A stretch of 64,000 nucleotides of DNA, taken from the NCBI GenBank assembly GCA_021817225.1, contig JAKAVR010000003.1, forward strand, positions 20,016 to 84,015, in the 5' to 3' direction. Positions 17,950 through 27,155 of this stretch are shown here, one piece after another. Numbering within the stretch: the first letter of the stretch is position 1; the number at the start of each line of letters is the position of its first letter. This stretch comes from Thermoplasmata archaeon. GTDB lineage: Archaea > Thermoplasmatota > Thermoplasmata > Sysuiplasmatales > Sysuiplasmataceae. Under the pieces are notes generated by a model, which saw only the letters and a list, made by a program, of their open reading frames with translations, was not told where the DNA came from and did not search any database. The translations under genes and the position numbers were made by a program.

Positions 17950-18788
17950 AGGATGCGACCGGGATGAACACCGTATTCATTCTCTGTGAAGCTGATCCAG
18001 CAAGCCAGAATGTCGGCCGGAAACTTGAGAAGAAGGCGGGATTCATCCTTGAATCGACCGCTTCGGGCAAGCACCTCTACAGGTCCGAAAGGGGGTTCAT
18101 GGTCAGCATAGACAGCATACACATACACAGGGAGGGGCTCGACGCGGAGATAGAGAGGGATTTCGGGCTGAAGCCAGACAGGCTTGTCTTCATGTCGACG
18201 CACAGGTCCGAGTCGAACACTCCCGCAATCACATTCCATCCCATAGGCAACTACGGCGGCGCCAGGCTGGGCGGAAGGGCGAGAACGCTTGTACCATCCT
18301 GCCCTGAACTGATGACCGGCGCCCTGCTTTCAATGAATGCCTCTCCGCACCAGAGCTACCAGGTGACCTTTGAGGCGACACACCACGGTCCAGCTCTTTC
18401 AACCCCCGCCATGTTCGCCGAAATAGGAAGCGATGAGAGTGCCTGGATGGACGGTGCTGCGGGCAATTCCGTGGCGGAGGTGCTGCTCGCAATGAAGGAG
18501 GCGGAGGGCACGAACGCGATCGGCATAGGAGGTGGCCATTACTGCTCACGGTTCAAGGAGATAGCGCAGAAAAGGAGGATCAACTTCGGGCACTTCATAC
18601 CGAACCACAACCTTCACCTTGTGGATGAGACGGTGGCGGCGGAGGTTGCAGACAAGAGCCCGAGAACCGCCTTTTTCGCCGTGCACGAGGACAGGAAGAA
18701 TTCGGCGGAGATTGAGAGGGTGGCGAAATTGATGGAAGGGGCGGGACTGAAGAGGCTTGACCATTCCGCTGCCGACTTCAGGATATAA
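17946..18788 (+). CDS. dtdA: D-aminoacyl-tRNA deacylase, archaeal type (DtdA/DTD2)
   Basis: MNTVFILCEADPASQN, HRSESNTPAITFHPIGNYG, TFEATHHGP, FAEIGSDESAW, IGIGGGHYCSRF match the archaeal DTD2 family. The start may be the internal ATG at 17964. Confidence 0.7.
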   Translation: MKDATGMNTVFILCEADPASQNVGRKLEKKAGFILESTASGKHLYRSERGFMVSIDSIHIHREGLDAEIERDFGLKPDRLVFMSTHRSESNTPAITFHPIGNYGGARLGGRARTLVPSCPELMTGALLSMNASPHQSYQVTFEATHHGPALSTPAMFAEIGSDESAWMDGAAGNSVAEVLLAMKEAEGTNAIGIGGGHYCSRFKEIAQKRRINFGHFIPNHNLHLVDETVAAEVADKSPRTAFFAVHEDRKNSAEIERVAKLMEGAGLKRLDHSAADFRI

Positions 18789-19464
18789 TTGTGCCCTTGA
18801 AGGGCAACCCCTTTATCGCGTTTGCAAGCTGCTGCATGTCCCTGCCGTGGACGACGGCCGTTGGTATCTTGCTCCTGCCTATCAGCTTGGCACCGAGCGG
18901 GTCGAACACGAAGCTTGACCCCGCCTCCATCCTGGAATAGAGCACCTTGTCCAGGAGCTCCTTGTATGTCATCTTCTCTATCTTGGTCGCATTCGGGTTG
19001 ACTTTCGGGTCTTCGGTGTAAACGCCGTCCACCGATGTCGCGTTTATCAGCCTAGTTGCCTTTATCCGTTCTGCGCCCATCGCGGCGACAGCATCCGTCG
19101 TGTGCCCGGGATGCGTTCCGCCCATCACAACTATCGGGTTGCTGTTCAGTGCGAGTCTTGCCTCGTCGAGGCTCTCCGCGGGCTTGTAGTATGCCTTCTC
19201 CCCCAGTGCGGTGATGAGCAGCCTGGCATTCAGCCTCGTAACCTCGATGCCCAGCTCGTCGAGCGATGACTCGTCCGCGCCGAGTGATCTGCCTATCGTT
19301 ATGTAGTAGCGTGCGATCTTGCCGCCGCCGCAGACAACCAGAAATTTATAGTTGGGGACCAATTCGAGAAGCGTTGAGGCGAGCTGTTTTATGAATGACA
19401 TGTCGTCGTTGTCCGGCACCAGTATTGAGCCTCCGATCGATATGGCTATTTTTTCCTGCGGCAT
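18778..19464 (-). CDS. pyrH: Uridylate (UMP) kinase
   Basis: IAISIGGSILVP, VVCGGGKIARYYI, GGTHPGHTTDAVAA. Start chosen at MPQEKIAISIGG. Confidence 0.85.
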   Translation of the reverse strand: MPQEKIAISIGGSILVPDNDDMSFIKQLASTLLELVPNYKFLVVCGGGKIARYYITIGRSLGADESSLDELGIEVTRLNARLLITALGEKAYYKPAESLDEARLALNSNPIVVMGGTHPGHTTDAVAAMGAERIKATRLINATSVDGVYTEDPKVNPNATKIEKMTYKELLDKVLYSRMEAGSSFVFDPLGAKLIGRSKIPTAVVHGRDMQQLANAIKGLPFKGTIIS

Positions 19465-19540
19465 TTGACAACCTGCTTTTTGCAATCTTTGGTGTTTCTA
19501 TCAAAGGGAGAGATTATTTTAGTATTAAAAATCAATCAAT

Positions 19541-20782
19541 GTGATGTTCATGGAAATAACAGAAAAACAGCGTTATGACTTCAAGAGGGAGATCGAGCGT
19601 ATCTCCTCCTACCAGGGAAGGGGGACGGAGCTGATCTCCCTTTACGTCCCCACGGGCAAGATGATTTCGGACGTGGCCAACTACCTGAGGGAGGAGCAGT
19701 CGCAGTCTTCGAACATAAAGTCGTCCACCACAAGGAAGAATGTCCAGTCAGCGATAAGCTCTATACTTTCCAGACTGAAGTTCTACAAGATGCTCGCGCC
19801 CGAGCACGGTATCGTGTTCTTTGTGGGGACCATACCCAAGAACGGTGACCAGACAACAATGGTGCAGCATGTCATCGAGCCGCCCGAGCCCATAGGCACC
19901 TTCCTCTACAGGTGCGATTCATCGTTTTACCTGGAGCCTCTCCAGACCATGCTTGAGGAGAGGGACATCTACGGGCTGCTTGTGATAGACAGGAAGGAGG
20001 CAACCATCGGCTTCCTCAAGGGAAAGTCGATTCAGGTTGTAAAGAACATGCAGTCCCTTGTCCCGAGCAAGCACAGAATGGGCGGGCAGTCGTCGCTCCG
20101 TTTCGAAAGGCTCATTGAGATTGCAGCAAACGAGTACTTCAAGCAGGTCGCGGAGACATGCAACACCATATTCCTCGGGGAGAAGGGGCTGAGCGGCATA
20201 CTCCTCGGCGGCCCGGGGAGCACGAAGGACTTCTTCTACAAGGAAAGCTACCTCCACTACGAGCTGCAGAAGAAGGTTGTCGACACTTTCGACACCGGCT
20301 ACACAGACGAGTACGGGCTCAGGGAGCTTGTGGACAAGGCAAAGGAGAGGCTCAAGGACCTGGACATAATGAAACAGAAGGCGCTGATGGACAGGTTTAT
20401 GGCCGAGATAAGGAAGCCGGATGACGGCCTCGCCACCTACGGCATAAAAGAGGTGAAACAGGCGCTGGATATGGGGGCCGTTGCACTGCTGCTTGTCAGC
20501 GAGGGGCTCAGGAAGATGGAGAGGGAGTTCACATGCAACAGCTGCGGCAATGTGCAGAAGGAAATACAGTCCGATGAGGAAGCAGTGGCACCTGCCTGCT
20601 CAAACTGCGGCGGGCAGATGCAGATGACATCCGAAAAGGACCTGGTGGATGAGATGTTCGAAACAGCTGACAGGATGGGCACGGAGATACAACTTATATC
20701 GGCCGCATCCGAAGAGGGAAAGATGCTGCTTAACGCATTCGGCGGACTTGCGGCTGTTCTCAGGTACAGGACGGGAAAATGA
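19541..20782 (+). CDS. prf1: Peptide chain release factor aRF1
   Basis: NIKS motif (SSNIKSSTTRKN), GGQ motif (HRMGGQSSLRFERL), C-terminal zinc ribbon CNSCG...CSNCG. Confidence 0.9.
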   Translation: MMFMEITEKQRYDFKREIERISSYQGRGTELISLYVPTGKMISDVANYLREEQSQSSNIKSSTTRKNVQSAISSILSRLKFYKMLAPEHGIVFFVGTIPKNGDQTTMVQHVIEPPEPIGTFLYRCDSSFYLEPLQTMLEERDIYGLLVIDRKEATIGFLKGKSIQVVKNMQSLVPSKHRMGGQSSLRFERLIEIAANEYFKQVAETCNTIFLGEKGLSGILLGGPGSTKDFFYKESYLHYELQKKVVDTFDTGYTDEYGLRELVDKAKERLKDLDIMKQKALMDRFMAEIRKPDDGLATYGIKEVKQALDMGAVALLLVSEGLRKMEREFTCNSCGNVQKEIQSDEEAVAPACSNCGGQMQMTSEKDLVDEMFETADRMGTEIQLISAASEEGKMLLNAFGGLAAVLRYRTGK

Positions 20783-22470
20783 ATATGGATCCGTTCGAGC
20801 CGTTCAGAAGGGCGGCATCCGAGCACGTGATGCGGAGGCTGGCCGAGGAATACGGGGTGGAGGAGAGTATACAGCTCGAGACAGGAGGGGACATAGCCGA
20901 CTTCACCTACCCCTGCTTCCAGCTTGCAAAGAAAATCGGGAAGAGTCCCGCAGACATCGCATTATCCCTTTCAGCCGGGGTGCAGGCAGGCATCATACGA
21001 GTCAGGGCAACAGGCGGGTATGTGAACATAGATGCTCAGCCTGAGCTGCTGGCTCGCGAGACAGTGAAGGCGGTCAACGGTATGAGAGGTGAGTATGGAA
21101 GGACGGACGCCGGCGCGACGACTGTGCTGGTGGAGCACACCTCCATCAACCCCACCGGTCCGATGCACATTGGGAGGACGAGGAATGCAGTCATTGGCGA
21201 CACGCTTGTGCGCTGCATGCGGCAGGCAGGTGTCGCCGTGTCGTCGGAATATTATGTCAATGACGTCGGAAAGCAGGTCGTTGTCCTATACTGGGGACTA
21301 AAGAAGCTCATGAAGACCATGCCCAGCGGGAAGGCCGACCATGAACTGCTGCAATACTACGTCAAGGCAAACGAGATGCTTGAAAAGGACGAGAGCGCCG
21401 CAGCGGAGGTGAAGGATCTGCAGCAGAGGCTCGAGGGCGGCGACACGGCGCTGCTGAATGAAACAAGGAAGGCAGCAGAGCTTGTACTCGGAGGGATCAG
21501 GGAGAGCCTCCAGAGCATAAATGTGATCCATGACAAATTCTCGTTTGAAAGCGATCTCATCAGGGACGGAAGCGTGAGGAAGGTGATTGACAGGCTCAGG
21601 CAGCTTCCGGAGGCGGGGGAGGAAAAGGGGGCCTGGTTCATACCATTCGGCGGTGAGGAGGAGGCTGACAGGTTCTACTTCACGAGATCCGACGGAACGA
21701 GTCTCTACACAACGAGGGACCTGGCTTACCACATGGACAAGCTGTCCAGATTCGGGCACCTTGTGGATGTCCTTGGAGAGGACCAGAAGCTTGGCATGAA
21801 ATTCCTGATCAGGACGCTAGAACTTCTTGGGGAGGCCAAGAGGATCGACTTCCTCTTCCACTCTTTCGTCTCGCTTGTCGAGGGAAGGATGTCCACCAGG
21901 CACGGGGTGGGTGTCATGGTTGATGATGTGGTCACCGAGGCAAAGGCGCGAGCAAGGGAGGAGGTGCTCAAGAGAAGATCCGACATGCCTGCGGAGCAGG
22001 TGGATCGGATTGCTTCTGCCGTCGGCGTTGGTGCTGTCAGGTACAACATAGTCAGGCTCCAGCCAGAGAAGAAACTCGTATTCAAGTGGGACGAGGCGCT
22101 CAATTTCGAGGGGAGCAGCGCGCCGTTCGTCCAGTACTCCCATGCTCGGGCGTGCAGCATACTGGAGAAAGCAGGAGGATGGACTGCGGTCGAGCCTTCG
22201 TACGAGGAAGAGAATGAGCTCAGGCTGGCGAGGCAGCTTGCCTTCTTCCCTTCGGTTCTCAGGGAGGTGTCGAGGACGCTCGCGGTGCACAAGGTTGCCA
22301 CCTATGCGCAGCAGACCGCTTCTGAGTTCAACCAGTTCTACAGGGTTGTGCCGGTGCTGAAAGCGCCTGAAAACAGGCTCCCGGCAAGGCTGTCGCTTGT
22401 CAATGCTGCAAGGATAGTCCTTGAAAACACCCTGGGCTGCCTCGGGATCGAGGCGCCAAAGTCGATGTAG
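20779..22470 (+). CDS. argS: Arginyl-tRNA synthetase
   Basis: SINPTGPMHIGRTRNAVIGD (HIGH region), MSTRHG (KMSK-like), and a C-terminal anticodon-binding domain ending SM. 4-bp overlap with prf1. Confidence 0.9.
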   Translation: MNMDPFEPFRRAASEHVMRRLAEEYGVEESIQLETGGDIADFTYPCFQLAKKIGKSPADIALSLSAGVQAGIIRVRATGGYVNIDAQPELLARETVKAVNGMRGEYGRTDAGATTVLVEHTSINPTGPMHIGRTRNAVIGDTLVRCMRQAGVAVSSEYYVNDVGKQVVVLYWGLKKLMKTMPSGKADHELLQYYVKANEMLEKDESAAAEVKDLQQRLEGGDTALLNETRKAAELVLGGIRESLQSINVIHDKFSFESDLIRDGSVRKVIDRLRQLPEAGEEKGAWFIPFGGEEEADRFYFTRSDGTSLYTTRDLAYHMDKLSRFGHLVDVLGEDQKLGMKFLIRTLELLGEAKRIDFLFHSFVSLVEGRMSTRHGVGVMVDDVVTEAKARAREEVLKRRSDMPAEQVDRIASAVGVGAVRYNIVRLQPEKKLVFKWDEALNFEGSSAPFVQYSHARACSILEKAGGWTAVEPSYEEENELRLARQLAFFPSVLREVSRTLAVHKVATYAQQTASEFNQFYRVVPVLKAPENRLPARLSLVNAARIVLENTLGCLGIEAPKSM

Positions 22471-22524
22471 GCGCAAATAAACAAAGTGGAAGTAATTTGT
22501 TAAAAGGTTTGTGGACTGGCGATT

Positions 22525-25500
22525 CTACTTGCTCTTCTTCGGCGGCTGACCCTTCTCGTAGCCTTTCCTTCTCGGCATCCTTCTGCGCAGTGCTATGACG
22601 GCAACTATCGCAACTATGATCACTACAATGCCGATATAGAGCGCATACACCTGGAGCTGTGACTGGTTTATTGAAATGGGCTGACTGAATGTGTTGTCAC
22701 TGGACTGTATCTGGTTTGCGGCCGTGCTTGTTGCCTGTACTGTGAAGTTGCCGAAGCTCGGGGGCGCCCATTGTATTATGCCGAACACCGTCTCGTTGGG
22801 GGCGATCGAGCTGACCACATTCTTCTGCGTGGAGTTGTAGAAAGTCGTTATTGTGCCAATGGTCACCTTGTTGCCGCTCTGGGCGTTGACCGCAACAAGC
22901 GTGATCTTTGCAAGCGTCGCATTGTAGCTGCCTATGTTGATCATTGTTACGTTGATTGTGCCGGACGAGCTCTGGGTGAAGACCCTGGGGCTGAACGATA
23001 TGTTGATTATCCTCAGGTCGGGCCTTGGCTGGGATGCAACTGTCAGGTTGTAGGTGTATGTTGCCCTGTTTCCTGCAGGGTCCACGACAGTCAGCTTGAC
23101 AGTGAGTGGCGTGCTGCTTATGAATGTGTAGACATGCGACACGTTTGTTCCCGCAACGCCCGTAATGTTCTGGTACCTGCTGTAGAGCTTGTTTCCGATT
23201 GTGGTTGCATTTGTCGTGTTGTGTGCGTCACCGAAATTCCACTCGAAGAGAAGGCTCGAGACAGGGAAGTTGGGGTCGCTTGTGGACGACGCGTTGAAGT
23301 GGACGGTTGCATTCTCCCTGACGGAGCCGCCTGCGGATTTCCACTGGCTGTTGTAGACAAGGAATGATACTATCGGTTTGAGCGTCTTGTTGACCTGTAC
23401 CGTTATCGTTGTGCTGGATGTGAAGCCCACTTCATCCGTCACAGTCAGAGTCATTGTGTAGTTGCCCGGGGCGTAGTATGAGTGCGACACATTCAGGTTT
23501 GCCGCCGTATAGCTGAAGACAGTATAGTTCTTCACACCGTCTCCCCAGCTGAAGTTGTATGAAACAACCGTTCCCTGGTTGTCTCCCGGGCTTATCGAGG
23601 CCCTGGAGCCAAGGCCGTTCACTGTGATCGGCGTGCTCTGGTTCGCATACAGCCTGCCGGAGTAGATCGTCTTTCCGACGGCCGTTATCTTGGCGGAGAG
23701 CGTTGTGTCATTTGCCACCCTTACCTTGATTGTGGTGTTCGATGTGTGGCCCGTAACAGAGACTGCAGTGAGTGTCACATACATGTACTGGCCCGGTGTA
23801 GTGTAGTCTGCGTATGTGTGGCTGACAACCGTCTGGTAGGTGTTGTTTGTATAGGATGAGGCCGAGGATGTGTTGTTGTCCCAGTGCCAGGAATAGAGAA
23901 GGGGGCCACCCGCCGGGTCGTATGAGCCCTGGGCGGTGTAGTTGATCGCCATCCCTGCCCTGACAATGAAATACTGGACAGTGCCGCTCTTGGAATAGGC
24001 AAATGCGTAGGTCCCCGTGACGGCCGCTGCTTTCAGAACGGGTGTTGCTCCGACCCTGATTGACATTGAAACAGTCGCCTGGCCGTAGCCTGTCGTGGTG
24101 CCGTATATGGTTATCGTCGTGTGACCGAGGACAGTCACGGGCCCGAATGGCCCGCTGCTGCTGTTGCTTGAAAGCTGGAAGCCTGATGGAACCGTGAGCG
24201 TGTAGAGGTACTGCATCTCTGATGTGTTGTAGTTAGCCCCGAGGATGACGCTGTATGCTGTCCCGTTGGCCTTTACAGCGGAAATTGTGTGATAGGAGTC
24301 GGTGATGTTGTAGTAGTATGCAGAAGTGGCTGTGATGGCGCCTGCCTTCACGCCTGTGAAAGTCGAAGCGTAGCTGTTAGCGCCTATGTAGTTTGTCGAG
24401 TTGACGCTGAGCAGGCTGTATGTTGTGACATACTCCGGTCCAAGCGCATTCACTGCCGCCTGGGCTGATGTGAGTGTGGAGGAGTTCACGGCCGGGTAGC
24501 CGCCGTTGAAGGCAAGTGCAAGCTGCATTGCCACAGATGGGACATATGAGTAAGGCAGCCCCTGAATGCTTGAGCCAGCATCAAGTGACTGAGTGTAGCT
24601 TATGTTGAGGTAATTCCAGTTGGGCGCTCCCGCTGCATATGATATTGCTGTTGTGGACAGTGGTGAGCCGCTGACTATTTTTGGCGACAGCTGCACGTTC
24701 TGGGTTGAGCTGCCAGACACAGTCACGTCTGCAAGGTATGAACCCTCGCCTGTGGAGTTCACAGCAAGGACATATGTGCCGTTCGCGACATAGAAGTTGT
24801 AGACGTATGCGGTAACCGAAGCCTGGAAGAAACGAAGCTGTATGGGCGCGGACGGTGACGCGAAGCTGAGCAGGTACGCTGTCACATTTGTTGCGTGCTG
24901 ACCGCTGCTTGTGCTTACCACGCCGCCAAGGTCAAAGGCAAGTGAAAGCGGAGCTGCTATTGCCGAAGGTATGGATGATCCGGAGACCGAAACAGCAAGA
25001 GGTGCAAAGTAGGATGTGAGTCCCGAATTTGCATTGTTGACCGAAGCAACCATCTGATAATTGTAGAGGCTGCTTATCTGGAGCGTCACCTGCCCGGTGG
25101 AATTCGTGATGCCTGAGGCTACGGTCTGGTTGTATTCTCCAAGCGAGGTGCTTACTGCTGTGCCGTTTGCCAGTGTCGTCTCGATGAACTGAACAAGCGC
25201 ACCCGGTATGCCGGTTGAGTATCCATGTCCTGTTACAGTGACAGTGACGCTGTGCATATTGGCGGGCGTGCTGTCAATTTTATAAAGAACGAGGTCTGGT
25301 GTTATGACGGGGACCGTGTTGTTGAAAGCCACCGGCAGAGGCAGTGTTCCGCTGAAGTAGCCCGGCGCACTGGCTGACACCGTGTAGTATCCAGGCACGA
25401 GCTTTCCGACTGGCACACCGGTTATGGAATAGACTGTTGAATAGTTGAGCTTGTAGCTTATTGAAGGGTTGTGTGTATTCGTGAGTGTCACGTTGGCATT

Positions 25501-25707
25501 TGGTGGGACCGAAGTTGAGCCGGCCGAATTCGCAAGCAGAGTGACCTCGAAGCTGTTGCCGCCCGATGCGGCCGGCTGCGTGCTGATCGCTGTCGACTTG
25601 CTCGCCGGGCCATTTAAGCCCGTGGGCGCAAACAATGCTATCGCCGATGCTGCTATCATCAGGACAACAAGCATGTACGCCACTCCTTTCAGTTTCCACT
25701 TTTGCAT
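22525..25707 (-). CDS. Large secreted, heavily sequon-decorated surface protein with PKD-like modules and a C-terminal TM anchor (S-layer/cell-surface glycoprotein candidate)
   Basis: N-terminal signal-like helix MLVVLMIAASAIALFAP. Many N-x-S/T sequons. PKD-like modules (YNFSWGDGVKNYT..VSHSYYAPGNYTMTLTVTDEVG; FEWNFGDAHNTT..VSHVYTF..LTVVDPAGN). C-terminal TM segment IGIVVIIVAIVAVIAL followed by the basic tail RRRMPRRKGYEKGQPPKKSK. Confidence 0.7.
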   Translation of the reverse strand: MQKWKLKGVAYMLVVLMIAASAIALFAPTGLNGPASKSTAISTQPAASGGNSFEVTLLANSAGSTSVPPNANVTLTNTHNPSISYKLNYSTVYSITGVPVGKLVPGYYTVSASAPGYFSGTLPLPVAFNNTVPVITPDLVLYKIDSTPANMHSVTVTVTGHGYSTGIPGALVQFIETTLANGTAVSTSLGEYNQTVASGITNSTGQVTLQISSLYNYQMVASVNNANSGLTSYFAPLAVSVSGSSIPSAIAAPLSLAFDLGGVVSTSSGQHATNVTAYLLSFASPSAPIQLRFFQASVTAYVYNFYVANGTYVLAVNSTGEGSYLADVTVSGSSTQNVQLSPKIVSGSPLSTTAISYAAGAPNWNYLNISYTQSLDAGSSIQGLPYSYVPSVAMQLALAFNGGYPAVNSSTLTSAQAAVNALGPEYVTTYSLLSVNSTNYIGANSYASTFTGVKAGAITATSAYYYNITDSYHTISAVKANGTAYSVILGANYNTSEMQYLYTLTVPSGFQLSSNSSSGPFGPVTVLGHTTITIYGTTTGYGQATVSMSIRVGATPVLKAAAVTGTYAFAYSKSGTVQYFIVRAGMAINYTAQGSYDPAGGPLLYSWHWDNNTSSASSYTNNTYQTVVSHTYADYTTPGQYMYVTLTAVSVTGHTSNTTIKVRVANDTTLSAKITAVGKTIYSGRLYANQSTPITVNGLGSRASISPGDNQGTVVSYNFSWGDGVKNYTVFSYTAANLNVSHSYYAPGNYTMTLTVTDEVGFTSSTTITVQVNKTLKPIVSFLVYNSQWKSAGGSVRENATVHFNASSTSDPNFPVSSLLFEWNFGDAHNTTNATTIGNKLYSRYQNITGVAGTNVSHVYTFISSTPLTVKLTVVDPAGNRATYTYNLTVASQPRPDLRIINISFSPRVFTQSSSGTINVTMINIGSYNATLAKITLVAVNAQSGNKVTIGTITTFYNSTQKNVVSSIAPNETVFGIIQWAPPSFGNFTVQATSTAANQIQSSDNTFSQPISINQSQLQVYALYIGIVVIIVAIVAVIALRRRMPRRKGYEKGQPPKKSK

Positions 25708-25951
25708 TGGTGTATCCTCCGAATTACCTGAGCCACGGCGTCATCAAACATAGTCAATCACTGCCGTGACAACTCGGTCCGAAGACAACTTTTTTCCGCC
25801 TAACTAGTACCACTTAATAAAGGTTATTGAACAGCAAAATAGCGCTGCGCTATCGATATGCGGTGGATCCTTGTGACAAATAGAAGCACGGGTGGCACCA
25901 TGGAGAGTCTGGAGTTGAACTCATACAGCCCCGTGGTGCAGGATGGGAATT

Positions 25952-27100
25952 TCAGGTAACGAGTTCTTCAAGTCTCTCTTCCTTCGCGCCCCTGCCGAGC
26001 TCGAGCGCAATCCTCCTGCCCGTGCTCATGTTGCAGTTGTAGAGCATGTTCCCGTACGAGTGGCCCACCCATGCATGAACGTTCGTTCCGCCGCCTATTC
26101 TCGGCGCCACATCATAGATGTAGAAGTGCATGTCCTTGTCGACGCATGTCTGCAGGGTGAAGGGGCCTATTATACCGGGGGGGTGCGTTTTACCTGCAAC
26201 ATCAACGTACTTCTCAGCAAGCTGAAAAGCACCGTCGAGGAGTGATTCTCGCAGAGTCGCGCTGTTGTGTCCCACGACGGTGTATTCCGGGATTCTCTGT
26301 TCGCCTGACAGCGAAAGCTGCTGTTCTGCGGGCAGTCTCACGTGCCCGTCGAGTGACGACTCGAATCTCCAGTCTATGCCGAGAAGTTCTATCTTCTCTC
26401 CCTTTTCCTGCAGCGGTGAGTAGAAGAAATCGAGGTTGAATACCGGACCAATGATGTACCTCTCGATTCTTGCCGCGGAGAGGTCCACTTCACTTATGAC
26501 ATTCGACCTTACCAGTTCCCTCGCCTTGTTTGTGTACTCCTCGAAGCTTGCGGCAGTGAAGAAGCCCCTTTCAAGCTTCTTCACCTTGTGATGCAGTTTT
26601 ACAATAACGAGTGAATCTATGTCCGATGGATCTTTAATTTGCTGCGGATACGGCAGGCCTCCCTTCTCCAGCAAAGTGTAGTAGTTGTCCTTCTCCTCCC
26701 TCTCTTCGCTTCGCAGCAGTGCCCGGGAGCCGAAGATGGGGACATCGAAGACATCCTCAATTTCCCCCAGAGTGCAGTAGGAGGAGAATGACCTGTTAGG
26801 CACGAATACTGTGTTCCTTTCCCTCAGACTTCTCCTGTTGCCAGGTTTCATGATGTCGGAGAATTTGTCGAGCCGCATGACACCGTCCACGACTCCACGG
26901 GTTGTGCCGCCCGAATCCACCTTTCTGAAGTACCTGGTATAGGATGCGTCGCGGCCCTTCTGAGTCACCGTGATGGATGGTAAGCCCTCCTGGCTTGCAC
27001 CGTCCAGGACATCAAGCGCGGAATGGGATCCGATGACACCCACCGTGACCTTGTTGCCGTACTCTCTGGCAATCCCGGTAATGCTGCTTCTTTCAATCAT
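25952..27100 (-). CDS. purP: 5-formaminoimidazole-4-carboxamide ribonucleotide (FAICAR) synthetase PurP, paralogue 1
   Basis: VTVGVIGSHSALDVLDGASQEGL plus ATP-grasp-like body, similar to the second copy at 37319-38389. Start chosen at MIERSS (27100), because the track start at 27232 would overlap the upstream MFS gene. Confidence 0.75.
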   Translation of the reverse strand: MIERSSITGIAREYGNKVTVGVIGSHSALDVLDGASQEGLPSITVTQKGRDASYTRYFRKVDSGGTTRGVVDGVMRLDKFSDIMKPGNRRSLRERNTVFVPNRSFSSYCTLGEIEDVFDVPIFGSRALLRSEEREEKDNYYTLLEKGGLPYPQQIKDPSDIDSLVIVKLHHKVKKLERGFFTAASFEEYTNKARELVRSNVISEVDLSAARIERYIIGPVFNLDFFYSPLQEKGEKIELLGIDWRFESSLDGHVRLPAEQQLSLSGEQRIPEYTVVGHNSATLRESLLDGAFQLAEKYVDVAGKTHPPGIIGPFTLQTCVDKDMHFYIYDVAPRIGGGTNVHAWVGHSYGNMLYNCNMSTGRRIALELGRGAKEERLEELVT

Positions 27101-27155
27101 CCCTGTCAGCACACACAATATGGTGAGCAGATAAAAGCGTTGCATCAGAATGTGG

